Positions 14,312 through 24,847 of a stretch of 41,760 nt of DNA are shown here, one piece after another. The notes below the pieces were generated by a model. That model worked only from the letters and a program-made list of their open reading frames with translations, ran no database searches and was not told the origin of the DNA. Made by a program: the position numbers and the translations under genes. This stretch comes from Phoronis australis (taxonomy: Eukaryota > Animalia > Phoronida): the NCBI GenBank assembly GCA_002633005.1, contig NMRA01001192.1:1-41760 (forward strand). The letters run 5' to 3'. Position 1 is the stretch's first letter. Every line of letters starts with the position of its first letter.

Positions 14312-15993
14312 AAACAAGAGCAACGCAGAGCTTTGAAATGCGCCCACGAATGCATGCCATCGCAAATGGTGTGCTTTTAGGGTTATTTATTTGTATCATA
14401 AAAATGGCCACTAGATGGCGCAAAAACGTACATTCCATCCAAAAACGGGAACATGCCATATTTCACAAAAATCTGTCAAGAAACTTCAGAGAAACAAAGG
14501 AAAACAGAATAACATGAAACTGCCACTTGTGGGCACAGCGTTCGTTGGATCCGCCTGAAAGTCGTCGTCTGTTGTTATCTTCCTATAAATACACTTACTT
14601 AAGTTAATAAAGATCCTGAAGTGGGTTTAGGAGATATCGCTATGGGCGCAAAACGAAACATAACTACCACTAGGAGGCGCCACACTAGCCAGTTGCCATC
14701 ATCAAACGTCCTCTTTGCACTGAAAACATATACAGTGTACGCCAATTTTCAAAACTATCCCTATAATGATTTCGTTGATAGAGGAGTGGACGCCAAAACA
14801 AGATTTGAAAACAGCAAAAATGGCCACTAGGTCGCGCAAAATACCTCAATTCTATCCAAAATCATAGATACCTATATTCACAACTTTTTATGAAAATCTG
14901 TTGAGGACATTTGAAGGTGCCGACTGGTAAACGTAAAAAACTAAAATTGCCACTTGGGGGCACACCAGTAGTCAGATCCGTCCGAAAGTCGTCGTCGTTC
15001 GTTGTCAACATCATATACATGTAAATACACACAAATTAAGTAATAATCCTGCAAACGATTAAGGAGATACAGTCATGAGCGCAAAAAATGTGCCACTAGG
15101 AGGCACCACAGTAGTCAAAGTCGTCGGAAAATCATCGTCAGCCGTCCACTTTATAGTAAAAACATACATGCCAATTTTCACAATTATCCTGAAAGCGGTT
15201 TCGTTGATAGATGAATGGACGCCAAAAACAGACTCGAAAACAGTAAAAATGGCCACTAGATGGCGCAAACTAGGTCGAATCTATCTGAAAACGGACAGAT
15301 AGCGTCACTTAATTAACAGATGCGTGTTTTATGAAAATACGTTGAGGACATTTGAACACACAGAGGTAAACGAAAAAAAAATTGCCAGTAGGTGGCACAC
15401 CGGTAGTCAGATCTGTCCGAAAGTCGTTGTCTTCCGTCGTCAACTTCACATAAATACACTTACTAAATTTATTAAAGATCCTGCGAACGGTTTAGGACAT
15501 GCAGCCATAGGCGCAAGAAACTGCCACTAGGAAGAGCCATAGTAGTCGAAGTCGTCGGAAAATATCATCGTCATACATGCCAATTTTCACAATCATCCTT
15601 TGAGCGGTTTGGTTGATAGAGGGGTGGACGCAAAAAACAAACTCGAAAACACCAAAAAATGGCCACTAGGAGGCGCAAACTACGTCGACTCCATCTGAAA
15701 ACGAAAGGTTAGCCTCATCTAACTAATAGGTGCCTATGTACCATTTTTTCAAAAATCCGTTCAGGATTTTGAAGTTACAGAGGTAAACGTAAAAAACTAA
15801 AATTGTCAATAGGGGTCACACTGATAGTCGGATCCGCCTGAAAGTTCGCTCATGCCGTCCCATCCACGGAAGAAACACGTGCAAAACTTCCTGAACATAC
15901 GTCCAGGCGTTTTGGAGCGGACGCCGGACTCCTAACGGATGGACGGAGCTGACGGCATAATGAGTCCACATATAAATACGTTTGCTCATAAAA
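14312..15993. mobile_element. Apparently complete Helentron/HINE-like element with ~10 internal satellite monomers (~410-430 bp trimer periodicity)
   Basis: AAACAAGAG start, tandem monomers, ggacgg microsatellite-like tract at ~15937-15947, and an ...ATAAAA end. Inserted in an A-run with no clear TSD: the flanks aagtcccta|aa...cctataat match the empty site aagtctctaaaaacctacaat at ~6580-6600. Confidence 0.65.
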
Positions 15994-17463
15994 CCTATAA
16001 TCAGGTTCGAAAGAAGTTAATCCCCTCGAAACAATGAACCCATATGATCTGAATTGAAAACTACAAGTGAGAACAATTTTAGGCGGAAGGTATGAAATAA
16101 CGGAATTCGTGGCTCCGAAAGTTTACAAGTCTACAAATAAATATATCCGAAGATCAACACAAGTCTGAAAGAATATTAGTTGTTTTACTATCAGTTTGAT
16201 AGGGCTGTTTTTAGAAACGTTTTTATTTGCCTGATAGGGTATTTAATTTAAAAAAGTCATTCAATGTTACATAACTTGCCTTCAGGCTTGCGAGTATCGA
16301 GCTCCATCTTATTTATACTAATGCACTATGACTTGCAAGCTACTTTAAATTTCCTTCTTAATTTTAGTTTTCGGTTGTTAATTTTAAGTCTTTCATGCTT
16401 GTTCTTCCGACTTGGTTATCAGTGAGTCGGATCGTATCGTTGTGGCGTGGGCATGGTAAGTAAATAAACGAAAACGTTCATTAATAAAATTTACAAACAA
16501 TCGATAAATCAACTATTGTTTTCAATTTGCCACTCGGAAACTAATTCAAAAATCCTTGTCCCTGTCACGGTAGTAATCGATCACGGGAACCACTGTTCAG
16601 CTCCATTTGATCTTGACATTTGGAGAGGAATTCAAATAACACCACTCAGCATGCATCTTGTGACCTTGAACGTCGTTTATATTTATTCATGCTGTATTTC
16701 TTGATATGTTAGGATTGGTGTTAGCATGTTAGTGCAATTGTTAGTCGGGATTAAAAAGAGTGTTAGCGTCAACGCGAATGTACCAGCAAGACAAGTAACA
16801 AACGCTTAGTGCAAGCAAATGGTAATGGATATGATGGATGGAGAGCTTTATCTATTCGAAGTACATGTGCGTCATCGCAACCCAAACACTAATACTTGAG
16901 TACAACCCAATATCATCTGGACACCATACATTCGTCACAGGTGGGTAACTGTAACTGTGTCAGCCAGACAAAAATGTTATCAATAACGAAAGTTACACAC
17001 CTCTATCGCCCTTCATGTATCGGGTAAGACAGGATCTCATGGTCTACGCCCTCGCGTAAGAGGCAACTCCTTTTTTTACCTTTCCGACTCTGGTGTCATT
17101 TTGCGTTGGTGCTTCAGCGACATCTTGGCCGGGTGCACTGCCAGTTGTGGCGAGGTCCTGTATGACCATAGAAAAAACGTCAACATTTCTCTAACTTTGA
17201 AGCTTCAAAATCGTGTACACTTCCCCAACTTTGAAGTTTTATATCTCAGAAATAGGTATCCAGATTTATGTAAAACTTCCAAATCCCAGGACTTAAACAC
17301 CGTTTACAAAACGAATTCAAAATAAAGTCATGATATTTCAGAACATTAATAGTTTTTTGAAATCACGTCTTGGAACATTTTCATCAAATGAAAATCGAAG
17401 TTGTTATCGATACCGTTGTTTTGCTATTACTGTGCTTTTCTTTCCTTTTTCGCTAAATTTTAC

Positions 17464-18015
17464 TTAAGGGAAATATTCTTGTGAGGCAATCATTATGAAT
17501 ATCATACAAGTAAAAATCGAAATTTCAAATTCTTCTTGGGTTTCTAGTTTCCGATAATATAAACATTTAAGTAATTAAAATATTTAATTTTGTAAAAAAA
17601 TTAGCTAAAATAGCATACTTGGCAATAAAGTCCAATCAACCTTCGAGGGCGAATTTAACATACATGAGCCGAGTTGAGATTATTTCATATGTATTGTGAA
17701 GTATACATTGAAAGGAATTTGGTTAGGAATGTAAAACGATGCCCCAACAAACTAGTATAAAACATCTTAAATGTTTTTTTTCTCATGAAAGTTGAACGGT
17801 AATACACTTTTCAACTCTGTTGTCAGTCGTATTAGTGGTACTGCAGGAACTGTTTGATGCACTGTAACCCGTCGTGACGTCGTAGTCCTGTATGGTCCCG
17901 TAAGGATGATAAACCTTATATTGATGATGTCAACCAATCCACTTTCTGTCACCTGCTTTGCATCTTTAGTGTCAAATCTTCCAAAATAAAAGCAGGAACC
18001 ATCTGAAAAAACTCA
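17464..18015. mobile_element. Unclassified insertion interrupting the array, beginning TTAA-GGG
   Basis: Non-homologous segment between two adjacent parts of the array unit. A TTAAGG start suggests a TTAA-targeting DNA transposon, but no matching second end was found. Confidence 0.35.
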
Positions 18016-19118
18016 AACTAGATTTTACACTTCGCTTTTCCAAATAAAACATCTGATCGATCAAGTGTTGATGGCTCAAATGAGTACAGACATGTAGTCA
18101 AAACCGGTAACTGAAGGAATATTGATTTACAGCTGAACGGCACCATATCTTTGGCCCTGGTGTCATTCGTGTTAGTGGTCCTTCTGCCGTGTGTAAATGG
18201 TACACTATAGTCAGCCAAAGTCCATTAGTTCGACGACTTGCCAAGTAACTAAAAATTGCACAATAAGAAGTGATCAACCTTATATGACCTAAATTGAAAA
18301 CTTCAAGTGAGAAAGAATGTGTACACTGAGAGTTTCTATGAAATTAAGGAATTCATGGGTCGCAAGGTTTGCAAGTCTAAAAATCCATAAATCTGAAGAC
18401 TTATCCACACAATTACGAAAACCCACCAAAGGTTATAAATTTGAACTTTCATGACTCTAGGTTCCGAACAGTGATTTTGAGCAAAACGTTCAGGGATTTA
18501 TTTGCACACGGCTGCTTGAAACTAGTTCTTCGAAGAGCCTGTGCCTCTCAAAAAGGGATCCAAACATGAAGTTGGGCGATTCACTGAGTTGCTGTAGTTA
18601 TTTACATGTTCGAAGTATGGTTTGTCGCCGCCAAAATTTTGCTGCTTGGCTGTCGTTGACTTCGAATCGCTGGTTTCTAGGATCAAAGACCTTCGTACTA
18701 GTTTCGAACTAACTAGTTTTTTTCTTTCTGTCGGATTTGTGAACCTTCGGCCTTGTAATGTCTTTTTATTCATTTGTGGTATTATGAGAGTTCGAACTTG
18801 TGAACCTTTGGAGTATCGAGCTGTACCATATTTATACTAATACAGTATGACACGCAAGCAACGTTAGATTACACAAATCCCCTGTTAGATTATCTTCTTA
18901 ATTTTCGTCTTCCACCTTTCTTCCGTCTTGGTTATCCGTGGGTCGCAGCTTGTCGTTTATGTATGGGTATGGCGTGCAAATAGACAAAAACGTGCAGTAA
19001 TGAAATTTACAGATAATCGGCAAATCAACAATTGTTTTCAAGTTGACACTTCGAGAATAATTGAAAAATCTACCAAGGCAGTTATCGATCACGGGAACCA
19101 TTGTTCTGATCCATATGT

Positions 19119-19804
19119 TGGGGGTCATCCTGATGTGTTCCCGTTTTATGCATATCGGGATTCTACATATGTACGTGTTCGGGCTCGGTACGACCAGTTT
19201 TCAATGCATCGGACAGAGTTTTATGTGTCCTATTGTGGTAGCTGTGATTGTCCCCCTGCAGAGAATGTCCTAGCTGCATGTATTTGAATGCCGGTGTACT
19301 GGCACGTTAATCAGTGGATTAGCCGGATGCTTCATTCAAATACACGCAAGCCGGACAATTTCTCCAGGGGGACAATGGCTAATTTCACACCGAGTTCTAT
19401 GTGTCATTGAATGGTCAGTGCTCGATGAGCCAAGAAAATTAACATACCCAACTTCACCGTTTGCGACCTAGCCGAAATCTCGAACACTAAAGGCGCATTT
19501 GCAAGAAGTGAGCTTGCATTCCAAAATTCCAGGGGCATTGCTTTATCTGACAACGACCAGAATCCAATGCAACTAAGGAGAATGCATAAAAATATCACGT
19601 TAATTTATTACTTGTTGAACTTATGCCCTAAATCACGATAGTAAAGCACCTGAAAACTGTTAAGTGGGCCTAAATGGCAAGTGTTGCTAAAACTTGCACA
19701 CTCGTCCGCTTAGCGTCTGGACTATTACGCAAAACAGCGGGACACAAAAACTCGGGACAGATAGGTTCCGGAGTCCATAAAACGGGACGCATGTTAGGGC
19801 CCTA
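19119..19804. mobile_element. hAT-like non-autonomous element (MITE)
   Basis: Subterminal inverted match tcccgttttatg (~19139) / cataaaacggga (~19776); right end ...tagggcccta; interrupts the array unit just before the TM-like segment. Confidence 0.5.
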
Positions 19805-21199
19805 GTTAGTATATTAGTACAATTGTTAGTCGGAATTAGAAAGAGCGTTAAATTCAGCAAGTCAAATAACAAACGTTTAGTGCAAGCTTATGATAATACA
19901 TTTGATAGATGGATAGATATATCTATTTAATAATAATAATTCTAATAATATCACTTATTGTACATCGTAAGCTTTGCTTACTCATACAGAAATACATAAA
20001 TTCAAATGTATATTCAGAGTATTTACACGGACAGCAGTTCTTCTCTTAAAACCATAGTCTTCTCAGTGAATATCCATTTGAGTAAATGTGCGTCATCACG
20101 ACCCGAACACTAATGTATGAGTATAACCCGAAGTACAACTACTGTAAAATACAGCCGCCATTTAAAACATATACGTATTACAACTACCTGTACACCAAAC
20201 AGTTACGACAGGTGGAGAACTGTAACAGCAATCAGCCAGACAAAAATGTAATTAATGACAGAAGTTACGCACCTGTATCGTCCTTCATGTATCGGGTAAG
20301 ACATCATATCCTCACGGTGCTCGCTTTCAAGGAAATGGCCACAATCTGAAACAGCAGGCCGACCCATTCAAAGGGAAACGTTCAAGGGTCATGCTATTAC
20401 TTCTCAGGAGGGGTTATTGCGTTTTCCAATGAACTACGAGCACACCAAGTAATCGAAGTGCAGCAACCAGGTAACCACGTCATTACACAATCCAGATCAA
20501 TAAACTCGCCTTTTAGAGATACTGAATACCAAAAGAGTATTTTCAATGGAAAATCGTGCCACATGTCATCTTGAAGTGAAGAAACGGGAGAGATCTCCGA
20601 GGGCATTGCATATGAATGGAAACTTTCAAAAACTAAACCGCATGGGGGCTACGACGAAGTTAGATGCAGGTCGCCCGTAAGTCTTGATTCGTGAACAGAG
20701 ATTTGCCTTAGGGGTCGTGGTCTCTCAAACGGATAGGTCGGTGTTTTTTGTTTCCTGTCAGTCAACTTTCGATTCAGGAACTCGTACATGTATTGCTTTC
20801 CACTATCAGGCTCTGCCCGCCCGTGATTAACGCGAACCCTACCGGTCGTAGCATGAGAATATCCATAGCCAAAAGTGATATGTAAAGTGTTGCTATAAAT
20901 CTGTCTTAATAGTAAAGTAAATTTGTACAACTGTATGCGCGAGTTTTCTCTTTAACCTATTAAAACGAGTCTTAAAACAAAATTAACATCAACAGACGCA
21001 CGTGTACAACCTGGGAAGCTCATTTATATTGAGAAGCAAATTGTTGAAGGCACTGTATTCATATGTCTTCACACAGGTCATATGTTGGTCACATCATGTG
21101 AAGACGTGTCAAACATGTAAATTGTTACTGTGGCACAATTAATTTTCTATGCAATTTACATAAAAAACAACTATCGAGTTTAGCATTATGTAAAATTTG

Positions 21200-22010
21200 A
21201 GCATTTGTTTCAATACTACATTTGTCCAAGGTTTCATTACAGAGCAGGTGTCGGGTCGAGTCTACACAGTCACTTGTCTTTGAAAGTTTATTATTGGAGT
21301 TCATGGTGATTATTCAAAAACTTAATAACGTTGTAGAATATATCCATTCATGTAATGACGATGGTATTCTTCTATGTCAAAATGTTTCCGATGTGAAAGT
21401 TTTGTGATATGCTGATGATATGGCTTTGTGTACTTAATCTCCAGTTAAACTGCAAAAACTACTGTGTTCTTTAACTAAGTTCTGCCAGGAATGGGGCGTG
21501 TCTGTAAATTTAGTGAAGACCACTGTGATGGTGTTTAGAAACGGAGGTCCCTTGAGAAATTGCGAGATGTGGTATTTTGGAGGTGAAAAACGCGCAGTGA
21601 TTTCCATGCCAGCTACAAGTATCTTGGTGTCTTGTTCACGCCAAAGTTATTGTGGACTATGGCTGCTCAGACACTGTCAGCCCAAGCCACGGAGGTAGCC
21701 ATTACAGTCGACAAGCTACAAAAAAGCTGGACCATATTTCAACCACGTGTGGCTTTTGAGACATTTGATAAAATAAGTTACCCCAGCTCATGCTATGGAG
21801 CCGAAACATTGGGGCTTATAAGAATACAACTAGTTAGAACAAGTGCAAATTAAATTTTGCAGGCGTGTATTGGGTGTAGCTAATTCATGCTGAAACAATG
21901 CTGCACTGAGCGCATATCGGCGGTTGCCGTTATTTACTAATACATGTAACTATGTTGCCGTGATAACGTGTTGGTTCAAACTTCTCAAAATGCCTCCTCG
22001 CATATGACTT
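21200..22010 (+). pseudogene. Non-LTR retrotransposon (LINE) reverse transcriptase fragment
   Basis: VKVL*YADDMAL (YADD at ~21408), LQKLLCSLTKFCQEWGVSVNLVKTTVMVFRNGG, YKYLGVLFT (~21615) and CYGAETLG; multiple stops and frameshifts. Confidence 0.9.
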
Positions 22011-22061
22011 TGACCAAAATGGTCGGCACTACCTAAGTTGAGCCACATCACTTAGACTTAT

Positions 22062-22180
22062 ACAGCCGATTTCATAAAGGTGGTTTAAAGTTAAACCTGG
22101 TTTAAACTGGACTTAGACCAGGCTTAAAGATAATCTGCATTTCATTAATGTGGCTTAACTTTTAGACCAGTGGTCTAGTA
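22062..22180. mobile_element. Probable PIF/Harbinger-type terminal fragment
   Basis: cagccgatttcataaag followed by repeated ttaaac/gtttaa/ttagacc subterminal motifs typical of Harbinger MITE ends; the partner end was not identified. Confidence 0.4.
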
Positions 22181-23369
22181 AAACCTGCCGTAACTCCAAC
22201 TGAGACCTGCCTCCCGTTCAGTAACGCTAGGACCTCGCTAAAAAGCAAGACTTCGCGAGATTACGTGAGATATTGCCGTGTATTTTGAATAAGAACACGG
22301 GACTTTGAAGGGAAGGGGTCTTGCCCCCCCTTTGGCCGCGAAAAATAAACACTAAAATGGCACGGAAATAAATTTGGACATTTATGATATTACAGCTAAT
22401 CGTGAGAATGTACTTTAATGTGTGTATACGTGTGTTGGTCACACGTACACATTACATTTTTCCTCATGAGAAAAGCTGTTACATCTTTTTCGCAAATGTC
22501 TGCACTGATTCTACTAGTGTGTACCATTGCATACCCACGTGATCATTTTTTCATTGAAGAACTTCTGAGTTCCTTTGTTGGGTTAATCCAGATCGACACA
22601 GCAGGGTGGCTTAGACACTCCCAACATATGCAGATGAGAAGAAAAGGCGAACTCATGATGCTCATGATCTGTGTAGATCTTTGGAAATGAGTTTGTTGTA
22701 AATAAAACTAAAGGTTTTAGTGTAAAGAACCAGGGAATATTGGTGTTCTTACATGATTTCGTTGAGTATATGGCCGGAGATTTGATATAAACAACGAAGA
22801 CAGACTGGGACCTGTTTCATCAAAATGCCTTAACATTAGCATGTTGTTTACGTGGAAGCTAAACAGAGACTTTTGAGAAAGCCAGTCGCAAGCTTTGGCG
22901 AAAGTTTTCGTTTAGACTCTGTGCAAAAATAGTAAAAACAGGCCGTAATAGTCCAACTTTAGTGCACCGCAACGGAAGCCCTCAATCAAGCTTGCCCGCT
23001 TAAACTTCTCCTGGCTATTCAGTGGTTGGATTTTTTACTGTCATAAGAGCCGTGCCGTCGCTGAAAGTCGCGTTCATCTTGACACCACCAGAGTATACAC
23101 AAGATCTGTTTTGGAGCGTCTTTTTAAAGTGTATAGTTTTGTCAGGTTATGAAGAGCATTTATGTTGGCAGGGAAAATACCACTCTATCTCAACACGTAA
23201 GAACACTCATGCGCGCACTAGTGGGACTCGGAGGGCTCGAACAAACCCCACCATTTGGCGAATTGGGCAAAAAGTTCCTCATCCGAGAGACAAAAACTCG
23301 GAAAAAAAGTAGAAAACGAGACAAAAGTCCACTAAAAAGGCAAGAACTACAGCACACATCTCGAATTTT

Positions 23370-23500
23370 TGTCCGACCGGTCGGAAATTGGTCGACGACC
23401 GGCCATCGACCGGTCGTCTAGCCGACCAGCAGCCGACCAACAACGGTCGGCTAGAAGCCGTCTGCTGAGTCACCTCTGTGGTCGGCTAAGTGGTCGCCTA
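23370..23500. repeat. Cluster of short palindromic/inverted CCGACC-GGTCGG motifs
   Basis: tccgaccggtcgga, cgaccggtcg and ctagccgacc...ggtcggctag read directly; resembles DNA-transposon subterminal repeats. Confidence 0.65.
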
Positions 23501-23574
23501 GCGTAGATGACCAAATACAGTGTACATGTCATGGACAGGTGTTGACGGAAATGTATTTCCAATAATATGTATGA

Positions 23575-23610
<36 letters not shown>
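23575..23610. repeat. (TGT)n microsatellite
   Basis: About 12 tandem TGT units. Confidence 0.95.
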
Positions 23611-24089
23611 GAATTGCTGTAATAAGTAATAATTTCTTAAACATGTCGGCAGTCATGTGGACACATAACTGAAGCCGGTCGTAAAATTGGACAGGCAAAC
23701 GGAGAGGTCTCACTTGAGACAATTTAGAGCATCGTGAATATGGTGATCAAATCAGTCGACGTCAGTTTTTAGATACCTGTGCCCGGTTGCAAGAAACATT
23801 CCCTAATTAGGGACTTAACCAAGTTCCCAAACTAGTTAGGGAAGTCCCTATGAGGATTTTGTTTAAGAACTGTTGCATGAGGAGGTCCTACACTCGGTCC
23901 TTATTGGGAGTGCCCTAAATCCAAAGTAAGTTCCCAAAGCCGTGGCTAAGGTCGCTTAATATGGCAAAAATTGCTACCAACGAGAGAATACCTGTCGAAT
24001 TTACGTCCTCTGTTCCACCTTTTGAATGATTGTATGAGTAGAGTGCACAGTCAATGTGCATTATATGAGAATTCGAGTTTTCTACTGCT

Positions 24090-24310
24090 CAGTGGCGGAT
24101 TTAGGGGTGGGCAAGGGGGCATGGCCCCCCTAAAATTCTCCAAGGTACCATGAACAAACCCCGTTTACCGTTTTTTTTTAGTAATAAGGTCAACAAACCC
24201 CAAGATTCGAGACCCCTGCATCCCTTCATTTTAGGCTGGGCGCGCGCTGGTGGCGATATTCTGGTTATTCCTGTGACCTGGCCCCCCTCAAAACCCTGGA
24301 TCTTCCCCTG
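24090..24310. mobile_element. hAT-like MITE nested in the Harbinger
   Basis: Termini cagtggcggattt...ggatcttcccctg with G-rich/C-rich subterminal tracts; flanks ctactgct / ctgctgtt (6 of 8 identical) are consistent with an aged 8-bp TSD. Confidence 0.65.
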
Positions 24311-24504
24311 CTGCTGTTGAGTGAGAAGACGATCGATTGTGGCCGCCCACGCTAATGTAAATTAGAAAACGTCGTACTGGTCAGAATACCAGAATCTCCG
24401 GTAGGAGTCACCGCACTTCCCAACGCGCTGTTAAAGTCGTCTGCCCCGCGCATTAAGTGAGACTTGGGGTAAGTCGTGGCACTATAGTAATCGATAAATT
24501 CAGT

Positions 24505-24714
24505 TTACGATGGAAGTACTACTTCAGTGGGTAAGATCACGCCTTTCGTATTCGACAAGTGCAGCTTCTCTTCAAGCTTTCTAATTAACATGAATATCCC
24601 AACCCTTGAAAATCTAAATCTTTCATTAAACTCACTGTCGCTATACGTCTCGAGCGGGTGAGTTCTGTCACGGAAAATTCTTTCTTCAACTGCAATATGA
24701 GCTTGATCAGCCAT
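24505..24714 (-). pseudogene. HARBI1-like Harbinger transposase N-terminal fragment
   Basis: ERIFRDRTHPLETYSDSEFNERFRFSRVGI matches the R.FRDR..PL....D......RFR.S N-terminus of Harbinger transposases; no DDE core follows. Confidence 0.8.
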
Positions 24715-24847
24715 TTTATTGCTAGGGACTGAACTTAGGGACTTACTTTAGATAACCCCAAAAGCTGAGTCCCTATTTAATGCTTAAACTAACTGGGAAC
24801 GTTTCATGCAACAGTCCCTAAAATTTAGGGACGTTCCTAAGACTTAA

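Larger units (their letters stand above)
1550..20340 (+). pseudogene. Degenerate tandem array (~1.9-2 kb unit, ~8 partial copies) of a Toll-like-receptor-like fragment (LRR-LRRCT-LRRNT-LRR-LRRCT-TM-TIR)
   Basis: The repeat is certain: aagtacatgtgcgtcatcacg-like blocks at ~2191, 5734, 7652, 13820, 16859, 20083 and atttctctaactttg-like blocks at ~2499, 6109, 8020, 9212, 11137, 14198, 17185. The TLR identity is inferred from + strand motifs: LRRs FPNFEVLYLRNR (17221), LSQFEYLNLSQK (2503), EITSRTFS (~11843), FGLENLQSIEL (10039); LRRCT GNP/GYPWV (7269, 10155, 18930); GPKVCKS (~8699); hydrophobic FIHAVFLGTFGLVSV (~5557); TIR-like EW-IDLVPREVYPFKVHVRHHE (~7610-7675). All copies have stops and frameshifts. 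Confidence 0.6.

Noticed and set aside
10255-15993. CRISPR-like repeat-spacer array suggested by regularly spaced GCCACTAG motifs
   Set aside because: The intervening sequences are homologous to each other (satellite monomers), the spacing is ~140 bp, the context is eukaryotic and there are no cas genes.
18928-19287. RQKR furin-like site suggesting a viral envelope or TGF-beta precursor
   Set aside because: The ORF is a chimera of an array copy and a MITE, and the motif is not maintained in most sister copies.
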